A stretch of 32,414 bases of DNA from a virus (Duplodnaviria; Caudoviricetes). This document shows positions 23,687 to 32,414 of this stretch, piece after piece. Every line of letters starts with the position of its first letter. Position 1 is the stretch's first letter. The position numbers and the translations under genes are program-made. Location: IMG/VR virus record IMGVR_UViG_3300020042_003938, positions 1-32,414 of that record. The stretch is one strand, 5' to 3'. The notes beneath the pieces were generated by a model. The model was given only the letters and a program-made list of their open reading frames with translations. It was not told the origin of the DNA and ran no database searches.

Positions 23687-24726
23687 TAGCCGAGCACCTT
23701 TCCAAAGCCACGAACAATCATCGAACCAGCATCACGAAACAGACTCTTAGCCTCATCGGTTTCCATAAACTCTGGTTGACTACGCACAAAACGACTCCAC
23801 TCAGTCCCAGTCATCAAACGTGCCTCATTAGTGTTCGGGTCAACATAAGACAACAATTTACCCCATTTATTAGAATCAGAAAAATCTATCGTCTCAGGGT
23901 CAACACCCAAAGTCGCAGCAGCAAGAGCCCTGTAGGTTGCTGTAGCCTGCGTGATAGTTCGACCAGCCGCTAACTGTTTAGCCAAAGACGGATACAAGTT
24001 CTCTGCGTCCATCCTCATGTTTTCCTTAATCTGCTCAATAGTCATCGTCTTACCAATTAGCCCCTGAGTATAAGCATTGACGTCACTATCAGACAGTTTC
24101 AACCCGTAATCGTTGGCGAGCGAACGGATACTTCTAGCATCCATACCGCCTGTGATTGCCGCTGATGGTGTTGCTGATGTCCCTGCTGCACCTGTTTTAA
24201 GAATTTCTGCGCCAACATAACGCCCAATTTCGTCGGTGTTCCAACCATATTTGTAGGCTTGTGTAGCAAGATTTGCTACGGCTGCTTCAGGTAATTTGTA
24301 GCCTTGTTTGCCAACATAGTTACTTATCTCTATGCGTTTAGCCTCAATGTTTGTTTTCTGTGTTGCAGGGTCGGATGCTGTTTCTTCAACAAATGCACGT
24401 TCTTTGGCTTCAGTTGTTTTCCACCATGCGGTTGATTTAACAGCGTTAAGAAATCTGGCTTGAGGATACTTAAGTCGAACTGCTTCGTCGACAATCTTTT
24501 TTAAATCTGGGATAGCGTCATAAAGGTCAACAATCCAACCGTATTGGCTTTTAGCGTATTCTTTCCAAGAATCATCAGGTGATGCTTTGGCTTTGGCAAT
24601 CATGTTTTTGTAAAGTTTTGGATATTTTTTGATTGCTTCTTCAAGTTTTCCGCGCACAGTACTGTCTGGATAGCGGCGTGCTACTTCGTCTAAGAATTGT
24701 TGGTCGGCGGCGTCTTGTGAAAACAT
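23686..24726 (-). CDS. Putative internal virion protein
   Basis: 346 aa, helical; TAATG-coupled. Confidence 0.55.
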   Translation of the reverse strand: MFSQDAADQQFLDEVARRYPDSTVRGKLEEAIKKYPKLYKNMIAKAKASPDDSWKEYAKSQYGWIVDLYDAIPDLKKIVDEAVRLKYPQARFLNAVKSTAWWKTTEAKERAFVEETASDPATQKTNIEAKRIEISNYVGKQGYKLPEAAVANLATQAYKYGWNTDEIGRYVGAEILKTGAAGTSATPSAAITGGMDARSIRSLANDYGLKLSDSDVNAYTQGLIGKTMTIEQIKENMRMDAENLYPSLAKQLAAGRTITQATATYRALAAATLGVDPETIDFSDSNKWGKLLSYVDPNTNEARLMTGTEWSRFVRSQPEFMETDEAKSLFRDAGSMIVRGFGKVLG

Positions 24727-24728
24727 GA

Positions 24729-25496
24729 TTAGCCTTGTAGTAGTTGTGACAGAATGCCCATATAGTCACTATATTCTGTGGCTTTGGCTGCGGTTGGTTG
24801 TAGTTTGCGTGCTTGTTCCTCGGCGAAAGCAGTTGGGTCTGGTGGTTGGATAACTGTGCCACCAGCACCAGTAGCCGCACCTCTCTGATATTGGGTTTCC
24901 ATTTGAGCAAATTCTGTTTCCATTTTTTTGGTTTGTTGTGGAGAAAACACTTCACCAATGGCGGCTTGTGCGCCGCGTTCAAACGGTTTGCGCAAATCGA
25001 TAGGGTTTGTTAAACGGACAGCCGCTTTCTGTGATGCTGCTTGAACTTCTAAAGGATTTTTGGCATAATACTCTAACGCTGTCTGAATATCGGCGCCCTT
25101 AATTGTGTCGTCACTATTAATGTAGCCGAGTAAATCTTTGACTTTGGCAATCGTTTTGTCGTCGTTAATTCTGCCAAGTACACCTGGTTTCCACCCAGGG
25201 AACGCTTGCGAAAGTTTAGTTTGCAAAGCAACAACTTGGTCTTTCGGGGTTTTTAATATTATTTGCCAATCATTCGAGAAGTACAAATAAGGGTTGCTCT
25301 TGTTGTTAAATACGCTTTGGTCTGGGGCTTTCCACTCTGGGTCTATACCGCCAGCGTAAGAAGGTTTTGTTTCAGCGCTAGGAAGTTTTGGTGTATTGTC
25401 TTCTTCAGGTTTAGATGGCGGAACTGTCGTAGGCATAGTTGTGGAAGTGGTCGATGACGAACCAGAACCATCTTGGGGCATTCTTCCAATGACCAT
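24729..25496 (-). CDS. Putative internal virion protein, possible degenerate peptidoglycan-binding motif
   Basis: 255 aa; V.ALQ.KL...G.....G.....T. Confidence 0.5.
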   Translation of the reverse strand: MVIGRMPQDGSGSSSTTSTTMPTTVPPSKPEEDNTPKLPSAETKPSYAGGIDPEWKAPDQSVFNNKSNPYLYFSNDWQIILKTPKDQVVALQTKLSQAFPGWKPGVLGRINDDKTIAKVKDLLGYINSDDTIKGADIQTALEYYAKNPLEVQAASQKAAVRLTNPIDLRKPFERGAQAAIGEVFSPQQTKKMETEFAQMETQYQRGAATGAGGTVIQPPDPTAFAEEQARKLQPTAAKATEYSDYMGILSQLLQG

Positions 25497-28400
25497 TTAT
25501 TCTCCTACTGTTTCTTCTTCTGGCGGCAAAAACTCTTGTGACAGAACATTTTCCCACAAGTTCTTAAATTCTGGATAAGTATACACTAAGTAAACGCCCA
25601 TCTGATTTAGGTCAAAACGCATCGGCTCGTTACGTGGATTCTGTCTCCACTTGTTTTGCAAATAAGCGGTATTGTCTACAGTTTTTAACTGAGCCAGTTT
25701 TGTTTCACGGAAATCCCAATACTCCAACAAAGCCTTACCAACAGGCGTTTTCGTAATATTTGGGTCTTTAACCATTTCGCCTATTTCAATCATCTCAAAC
25801 TTGACGCTTGCTTCGCTTTCACCAATTCTTTCTTTAACCGACTTATACATCGGGAACTCGCGTTGAACCTCATCAATTTTTTGTGACATCGCCAAACGAT
25901 ATTCGTCGCTTTTAACTATCTGCTCCTCGGTGTACCCAGCGTCCATATATGTTTTCAAAAATTTTCGTGATTCTTGTTTAACGATAGATTGAGCCAACTT
26001 ATTTAAAGCAGCGTCTTGTCGTTTCTTAACATCGGCAGGACTACGCTGCCCTTCTATGCGTTGCATAGTGAACGCTTTCGGGTCGTACTCGCCTGTTTGC
26101 GGACCAAGATAACCGCCTGCTAACGGATACTCGTCTAACACGTACCTGTTTTTTGTTTGCCACTCAGCGTATTCTTTTGTTGGGATAACACCAGGTTGTG
26201 ATGTGGTTGACCCAGCCAAAAACGCCCAAGCACTATCACCATATTTATCTAGGAACGTTGTGACACCCTCATAATATGATGGTGCTTCGTCAGTGATTTT
26301 TCTAAAATCATCCATAACGTATGCGGAAGCCAAATTTTCTTCACCGATTTCTGTGTAATAAGTAGTCATCGATGAGGTTGGCAAAACAATTCTGAACAAA
26401 CCTTTAAGGAACATAAGCAAATCTGCTTTTGTGTGTGCTTCTTCAAGTAACGCTTTTTGTTCAGCGGCAGTTCTTGGTACGTCACCTGAGTTGGATGCGA
26501 TGTTGGTTAATACGGCGTTTAATGTTGATGCTCTTAGTTGGTCGTTTTGTTCTGAGCCGATTAATCCTGCAAGGTTGTCTGCTAAGTCAAGGTTGGTTAA
26601 TTTGCCTGCACCAGCAACTAAACCGACGCCGACACCTTGCGCCCATGCTGGCACTAAATAATCTGCTATACGACTTTTCATGTTTGGGTCACCAATAGGA
26701 AATAACAGGTCACGGAAAGCCTGCGCGGATTCTGTTTTTGGAATAACCGAATCGAATACAAAGCCGCCGACACCAAAAAGCCCAGGTACTCCTGTGCCAA
26801 CAATGCTTAAACCTTTAGCGCTCATACTTTCTGATGCGTTTAATCCGAACATGTTTAATACTGGTTTGCTTAAAGGTAGTGCTACTGCTTGCTTGCCATT
26901 TGCATCTGTGTAAAGAATGCCTTGACCTTCATTTAGTCCAGCCCATTCAGGTAGTTCAACATCGGTTAAACCTTCTTTTAATAGTCTGCCTTTTTCGATG
27001 TTTGCTGGGTTGTTGGCGATTGCTCGTCCCCATACTTGCCATTGTTCTTTCCATGCATCGAAGAATGCGAACATAAGATTGTGTTTGTAGCCAGCGTAAG
27101 TTCGGTTTTCAAAGTTGTAAAGAATGTCGTCAACTTTTTGATGTCCGTACATTTCGCCTAATAATTCAACTTCTTTAAGAGTTGCTGTGCCTTGTGCGCG
27201 CGGAAGTTCTAAACGTGCGGATTGTTTAACCCATTGGTCAATGTCTGTTTTTTCTAATGCCGCAATCATCTTTGCGGCTTCTTTTGGGTCCATCGCTGGG
27301 ATGAGTTCAATGACGCGCTGCCACTTAGAATATTGTTGCAATGGTGTCCGAGTAACTTTTTGTGAAGTATCACGGTAAAGACTAAATGCTTTTGTTAAAA
27401 GTTTGGTGTTGTTTTGTACGGTTTCCGTGCCAACTGAACGCGAGAATGGTGCGACTATAGGGGAGTCAGGGTTTCGTAAAAGTTCCCGTGCAACAAAATC
27501 TTTAAACTCTGTTGAAGCCTCATAAACGTTGAATGCTTCAAATCGTGTATTTGGTGTCCATCGCGGCGTAACAGAAATTGCTTTGCCGCTTACTTGACCT
27601 GATGCAACTGCGCCAATCGCTACAGGGTCAAGTGCTGTTCGTGTAGCGATATCGTTAAGAATTGTATTAACCCAAATAGAAGCACCTTCGATGGTGTTGA
27701 TTGGTGTCGGGGCAAGACGCATTGCTTGAGAGCCTTGTGTTTGAACCATTCTGTCATAAATTTTGTCAAAAACTTTTTTGAGGTCGCCCGTCAAAAATCT
27801 TTCAGGCAAAATAGCAACTGCTGTTCTCCCACCAGCAAGCATTGCTTTGGCAACTTCAACGTATTCTGGGGTTTGAGACATATGAACAATATCTCTTGCT
27901 GTGCCAGTAACCCAATTTTCGTTTGCTTTGCCAAGAACTTCTACCATCTCGCCGTCAGCATTTCTTTCCATGCGTGTAATTACGCGCCCAAATTCATCTA
28001 CTTCTTTTCGGGCGTGTTCCATAACACGGCTTCTTTCATAAACCAATACACGCGGGTCTAGTCGTTCTTGTCCCATTAAGCCTTGTGCTGTTTCTGCAAC
28101 ATTGCGTGACATACCTGGAACCAATGTTTCGGCTCGTTGGTTGTAGGTGCTTAACAGTTTTTTGATTTCTGTTCGAGTTCCGTAATCATTTTCTGCGCTA
28201 TCAATAAGTTTTAGATATTCGTCAGCAAGACGAGTTTCTCCAGCGTCTACCGCGTCTTCAAACTTTTTATAAAACCCATTTAATTCATCTAGTTTTACAA
28301 CTAGTTTTTCCATTTCTTTTGCTGTCACAATCAATTTGCCAGCAGTTGTATAGTTGAGCGCACCATTTGACATCCCAGCAAAAATAGTTGCCAAACTCAT

Positions 28401-31061
28401 ATCGCCAGCAGCAGCAAGGCGCAACATTTCGTCTGGGATAATACGTGTTACCATTCTGATAGGCAAAGGCGCACCAAGCGCAATTGGCTTTAAATATTCA
28501 ACTTGTATTTTTTCTAAATTTCTAACAAGTTGGTTATAGACACTTTTTTCGTTAATTAATGTGCCTCTAAATGGTTGATAAAGTTTCCACAAGTTGCTTG
28601 TTTCGCGTATAACTTGTTTTAAATGTTTAGGGTTAACCATCATAAACCCTTTAGCCATAAGGTCTGTTGAACGCAATACTTGTCCAGTACCGTCATCGAA
28701 CCAGGTAATCGGGTATCCGTCACCAAGTGCATCCATCGACCATTGGTATATGCCGTCGGTTGCTCCTTCAAATTTTGCTACATTCGCAATCCATTCATCG
28801 GGCACACCGTTTGCTTTTAATTTTGGGGTAATGATTGTTTGATGAAATTGTTTGGCTAAATCAAATCTTTTACCTACATCGCCTGTTGCTGCGGCTTTGA
28901 TTACATCTGAAAGCATGACGTGTTTGTCTGCTTTGGGAACATTCATAATTTCCATTAAACGTTTCATATCGTTAATGGAACTGATTGGGTCTTCGAATGA
29001 AAAGAAAGTTGCTTTTGGCATCATTGAAAATTGTCGTGTGTGACCAGACGCCCAGTAAGCGGTTTGTCTACCTGTTTGATTAATGACTTGTTTTAAAAGT
29101 CCTGGAACTTGACGGATGTTGTATAGCGGGTCGCCAGATAAAACACCTTCACGCAAAATGGCATGAATTTCTTTGGTTGTTACTGCGCGACCTGCGGTTT
29201 TTGCTACATCAACCGCTTCTTGTATTTTGTAAGCCAAACCAATTGGGATATTTCCAAGAAACGCATCATACATTTCGCCAACGTTTGTAAATTCACCAAG
29301 TTTTGTTAATGTTCGTCTGCCATCAAAAGTGTATGGCATTTCATCAATTTTCATTGGGTCAAAAAGTTTTGCGCCATCATCCAAATCGATAACTCCGTGC
29401 AACCGACGAAGACGTGTTGCTTCGTCAACAATTTCTGGGAGCATTAAACTTGGTGGACTATCTACCGCCGATAAGGAATTGCCCGCACCTTTCCATTTTT
29501 CTATTTCGGTGTTAGCAATTGCTTTAATTGCGTCATCTACTTCTTGTGGAAGTACCGTTCCTGGCGGCAAATAGCCGCCTAAACGTGCTTGTTCCGCTAA
29601 AGCAACTCGACCTTCAATAATTGGATATTTAGGTGTAGGCGATAGTCCTGCTGCTCGACGGTCAACAGCCCAAGTATCTTCAATTATTTCTGCAAAACGC
29701 GCATCGCGTACTGCTGTTGCCGCAACATCACTTAAACCGAAAAGAGATTTAATGTTTTTGACAGGGTTGTAGTAGACACCTGGGTCGGTTCCTACTGTCC
29801 AAACAGCATCAACGATGCCTGACATGATTGAAGCCGAATACGAATTTCTATCGATGTATCCTTCTTGGATAAGAGGTTCGATTATTGCTTTTCCAATTGT
29901 AAAAGATTGTCCGCCGATTTGCGGTAATGAAGCATCGCGGTTTTTTCTGGCTTCAGTTAAAGCAATACCTTCAGGGAAATATCCGCCGCCTAAATCAACT
30001 TCTTGGTTAGGATTGATTGCCCGTCGAGCAATTTGGGTAAGAATGTTTCCTTCGATGACACCTTGTTGAACTTTTTCCCAAGGAACCATTGGTGCAGTCG
30101 CTATTCCTAGTCCGCTTCTTTCCGCTGTTAAACCAAGTTCTAATGCTGTTTTTGTAAATTGGGCTGCACCTAAAAATGCTGCGCCAGCGGTTTTTGTTGC
30201 ACCTCTTAGGGCGCTCGCGGCGGGCTCTGTTATGTCTTTGATGTTGAGTCCCATGCTTTGCGTGCCAATTCTGTCTGGGACAATGAACGACATAAGTTTG
30301 AATGGGCTTTGAACAACAGGTAATGCGCCGCTTATTACAGCACCAGGAATACCTTGTAGGTTTGCTGCAAGAATGTCGCCACGCGACAAATTTTTTGATT
30401 CTATTCTTGCATCTAACATTTGTTTTAGATACGGGAATTTTGTTCCTAAATCTTCGTAAGGTACAAAAGAACCAGGGTTTCGTACAAGTTTTCCGTCAAC
30501 AGATGTGTAAGCACCTTTCGATGCGGACATGTTAGGGATGGCTGCCCACTGTTCTTCTGGCAACGAAATAAACAATTTTAATACTTGTGGTTCTGTCAAG
30601 TTTAAAAGTTGTTTAGCGTCAGTGATTTTTGGTACTTCAAGGTTGCGCCACAAACCGCCAGGGTCAACTTCGTCCCACCAAGAAGGTTGCGATTGTCGAC
30701 GAATGTTGAAATCAAGATTTGGTGTTTGCAACAAATCTACAAGAGTCCATTGTTTTGCTGTTGGTGTTGGGCGCATCGCACGGTTACGTGGTTTAACAAG
30801 ATTTTCTCTGTTGTTGCTTGCGTTGCCTGTTTCTAGTGCGCGACGTGCTGTATGTTCGTGAACTAACCGTGCGTCGATAGGGACATCTGATAGTCCGACT
30901 GATGCGGTGATTTCTGGGTTTGTGTATGTGCTGCCGTAAACTGCTGACTCTAAACGTTCAACCCTGTCTGGGGTCATTTCTGTTTCTAAACGTCGACGTT
31001 GTTCACGGAAGCGGTTTGCTTCGTTTGCGTCTAGTTCAAGTTGTTCATTCGTTCTTCGCAT
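25497..31061 (-). CDS. Giant putative internal virion / DNA-ejection protein
   Basis: 1854 aa uninterrupted ORF; no recognisable catalytic motif; size and hydrophobic patches resemble podovirus ejection proteins. Confidence 0.6.
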   Translation of the reverse strand: MRRTNEQLELDANEANRFREQRRRLETEMTPDRVERLESAVYGSTYTNPEITASVGLSDVPIDARLVHEHTARRALETGNASNNRENLVKPRNRAMRPTPTAKQWTLVDLLQTPNLDFNIRRQSQPSWWDEVDPGGLWRNLEVPKITDAKQLLNLTEPQVLKLFISLPEEQWAAIPNMSASKGAYTSVDGKLVRNPGSFVPYEDLGTKFPYLKQMLDARIESKNLSRGDILAANLQGIPGAVISGALPVVQSPFKLMSFIVPDRIGTQSMGLNIKDITEPAASALRGATKTAGAAFLGAAQFTKTALELGLTAERSGLGIATAPMVPWEKVQQGVIEGNILTQIARRAINPNQEVDLGGGYFPEGIALTEARKNRDASLPQIGGQSFTIGKAIIEPLIQEGYIDRNSYSASIMSGIVDAVWTVGTDPGVYYNPVKNIKSLFGLSDVAATAVRDARFAEIIEDTWAVDRRAAGLSPTPKYPIIEGRVALAEQARLGGYLPPGTVLPQEVDDAIKAIANTEIEKWKGAGNSLSAVDSPPSLMLPEIVDEATRLRRLHGVIDLDDGAKLFDPMKIDEMPYTFDGRRTLTKLGEFTNVGEMYDAFLGNIPIGLAYKIQEAVDVAKTAGRAVTTKEIHAILREGVLSGDPLYNIRQVPGLLKQVINQTGRQTAYWASGHTRQFSMMPKATFFSFEDPISSINDMKRLMEIMNVPKADKHVMLSDVIKAAATGDVGKRFDLAKQFHQTIITPKLKANGVPDEWIANVAKFEGATDGIYQWSMDALGDGYPITWFDDGTGQVLRSTDLMAKGFMMVNPKHLKQVIRETSNLWKLYQPFRGTLINEKSVYNQLVRNLEKIQVEYLKPIALGAPLPIRMVTRIIPDEMLRLAAAGDMSLATIFAGMSNGALNYTTAGKLIVTAKEMEKLVVKLDELNGFYKKFEDAVDAGETRLADEYLKLIDSAENDYGTRTEIKKLLSTYNQRAETLVPGMSRNVAETAQGLMGQERLDPRVLVYERSRVMEHARKEVDEFGRVITRMERNADGEMVEVLGKANENWVTGTARDIVHMSQTPEYVEVAKAMLAGGRTAVAILPERFLTGDLKKVFDKIYDRMVQTQGSQAMRLAPTPINTIEGASIWVNTILNDIATRTALDPVAIGAVASGQVSGKAISVTPRWTPNTRFEAFNVYEASTEFKDFVARELLRNPDSPIVAPFSRSVGTETVQNNTKLLTKAFSLYRDTSQKVTRTPLQQYSKWQRVIELIPAMDPKEAAKMIAALEKTDIDQWVKQSARLELPRAQGTATLKEVELLGEMYGHQKVDDILYNFENRTYAGYKHNLMFAFFDAWKEQWQVWGRAIANNPANIEKGRLLKEGLTDVELPEWAGLNEGQGILYTDANGKQAVALPLSKPVLNMFGLNASESMSAKGLSIVGTGVPGLFGVGGFVFDSVIPKTESAQAFRDLLFPIGDPNMKSRIADYLVPAWAQGVGVGLVAGAGKLTNLDLADNLAGLIGSEQNDQLRASTLNAVLTNIASNSGDVPRTAAEQKALLEEAHTKADLLMFLKGLFRIVLPTSSMTTYYTEIGEENLASAYVMDDFRKITDEAPSYYEGVTTFLDKYGDSAWAFLAGSTTSQPGVIPTKEYAEWQTKNRYVLDEYPLAGGYLGPQTGEYDPKAFTMQRIEGQRSPADVKKRQDAALNKLAQSIVKQESRKFLKTYMDAGYTEEQIVKSDEYRLAMSQKIDEVQREFPMYKSVKERIGESEASVKFEMIEIGEMVKDPNITKTPVGKALLEYWDFRETKLAQLKTVDNTAYLQNKWRQNPRNEPMRFDLNQMGVYLVYTYPEFKNLWENVLSQEFLPPEEETVGE

Positions 31062-31462
31062 TAAATAGAAACGTTTTCTAGTTCTAAAATGAGTTGTAGT
31101 AGGGCTGTGTTGGGTGTTTTAGAGTAGATGTAACGCACCTGGTTGATGAGGTCTTGGCGTGAACCTGGGGCTGTTCCCATTGGCATTGGTTGTGGAAGGC
31201 TTTCCATTCCTGGACCTGCACCAAGCGGGTTGCCTGCGGTGATTGGTTCGTCTGGTCGTTCTGTTGGTGCGGTTAATGGTGTAACTGGCAACGGTTGACG
31301 TTGCTGTTGTTGTGCTTGTGGTAGTTGTGGTGCGCCCATCGGTACGGCTTGTTGTGCTCGGCGTTGAGCGCCTGCTTTACCATAAGTTTGCCCTGGAACT
31401 GTTGTTACTGCAAGTTTTTTTGCAGGGTTATTTAAATCTGTTCGGTTTGGGTATGTTGCCAT
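31061..31462 (-). CDS. Pro/Gln-rich hypothetical protein downstream of the portal
   Basis: YG......Q..VPM..L..PT.RP.EPITAG...G.G.G. Confidence 0.8.
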   Translation of the reverse strand: MATYPNRTDLNNPAKKLAVTTVPGQTYGKAGAQRRAQQAVPMGAPQLPQAQQQQRQPLPVTPLTAPTERPDEPITAGNPLGAGPGMESLPQPMPMGTAPGSRQDLINQVRYIYSKTPNTALLQLILELENVSI

Positions 31463-32414
31463 TTATAGTCTTTTCCCTAATGTAAGAACCGCTGATGGTG
31501 ATGGGGGAAGTTGTGCTGCGCCTGCTTCACCACCGCCCAGTTGTGATAAAAGTTGTTGAATGTCTGGTGGACCTGCTGGTGCTGTTTGCATTTCTGCGCC
31601 CATTCCTGGCATTGCTAATCCTGGCATTGTTTCTGGTGCGCCTTGTGGAGCCATTGCTGCTTGCCGTTCTTGTGCACGTTTCTGTGTTAGTTGCACGGCT
31701 TCGTATAGGGGTTTGTTTTTTTCAATTGTGAGCATTGAAAGGTACGCAAGGTCGTCAGGTTGATATGGACCATTAGGGTCGGCTGCTTGAGCCTGGATAC
31801 TAGACAAGAGTGCCGCTTCCATGGATTCGGCTGCGATGCGGTCTTTTTCAAGTTCTGGGTCTGTGATGAGTGGGTCTGCTTCTCGTGCCGATTCTTTCGA
31901 CATGAGACCAGTACCAAGACGTTGACCAAGACCAACGATGAGACCATTAACGTCTGTGCCTGAAGAAGGATAGTTAACATAGTGGAAGTCCGTTTCGAAT
32001 ACTTTGTTGGCAACATAGTTTGTCATTCCGCCAGATACTCGACCTGGAATGAAGAACGATTTTTTTTGTGAACCCCAATATGCTTTTTCGATTGCGATAG
32101 CAATTTTGTCTTCTTCGTATAGTGCTTGTTCGAATACTGCTTGTGTTTCTTGTACACGGAAGTCAACTGTTGCTGATAGTACGTTTTCTCCGCGGCGTCC
32201 TGTGCGGATGTTTGAACCTGATTCGCCGCCGAACTCTGCTGGGATTGCGCCTTCTAGTCGTTCTTGTCGTTCTAGTCTGTCTAGTGCTGTGTCGGTTTTG
32301 TAGCCTGGGTTTGTTTGTAGTTGTTGGATGTCTCCGCCTTTGACTACACCTAGTTGTCCTGTTTTGCCGTCAGCCATTTGAATGATTTCTGGGTTTTCGC
32401 CTGCGCGTGCTACT
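31463..32414 (-). CDS. Portal protein (C-terminal part; 5' end outside the window)
   Basis: Frame stays open from 32377 to the window end; helical body with Q/P/M/G-rich tail; heads the morphogenesis operon. Confidence 0.7.
   Translation of the reverse strand, partial: VARAGENPEIIQMADGKTGQLGVVKGGDIQQLQTNPGYKTDTALDRLERQERLEGAIPAEFGGESGSNIRTGRRGENVLSATVDFRVQETQAVFEQALYEEDKIAIAIEKAYWGSQKKSFFIPGRVSGGMTNYVANKVFETDFHYVNYPSSGTDVNGLIVGLGQRLGTGLMSKESAREADPLITDPELEKDRIAAESMEAALLSSIQAQAADPNGPYQPDDLAYLSMLTIEKNKPLYEAVQLTQKRAQERQAAMAPQGAPETMPGLAMPGMGAEMQTAPAGPPDIQQLLSQLGGGEAGAAQLPPSPSAVLTLGKRL

Noticed and set aside
25497-31061. Virion RNA polymerase or tape measure identity for the 1854-aa ORF
   Set aside because: No DxDGD/DFDGD or T7-type polymerase motifs seen; no tape-measure periodicity or tail assembly chaperone/tube context

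Overview
About 32 kb of a tailed dsDNA bacteriophage, probably a lytic, short-tailed (podovirus-like) phage of a low-GC Actinomycetota host (inferred from whiB, sigma-A-type and leaderless promoters, and a Thr-rich secreted protein). Bases 1-4242 (+) hold about 20 tightly coupled small 'early' genes. Everything from 4296 to the end is on the - strand. Read in transcription order it runs: portal (partial), four putative internal virion/ejection proteins including a 1854-aa giant, scaffold, N4-gp56-like major capsid protein, head/tail genes, a PA14/Thr-rich surface protein with membrane proteins, basic proteins, M15 endolysin/holin, then a recombination module (YqaJ exonuclease, Sak/Rad52 annealase, RHH protein, Hjc-type resolvase, PD-(D/E)xK nuclease, SLT transglycosylase, SSB, DUF6378-like, WhiB). 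No integrase, polymerase, helicase, tRNA or CRISPR is seen. The most unusual signals are non-coding: (i) two sequence-divergent but structurally matching three-way-junction elements ahead of early genes (73-115, 613-654); (ii) a repeated (CAA)n-AAGGGG-CAAGCAATG leader; (iii) a hairpin with its own candidate promoter at the convergence point (4263-4320), whose loop and 5' arm are complementary to that AAGGGG RBS class, a candidate phage anti-RBS small RNA; (iv) a consensus promoter whose spacer is a perfect 16-bp palindrome, followed by an SD-sequestering leader ahead of scaffold/capsid. All family assignments are from motif recognition by eye, not database searches.
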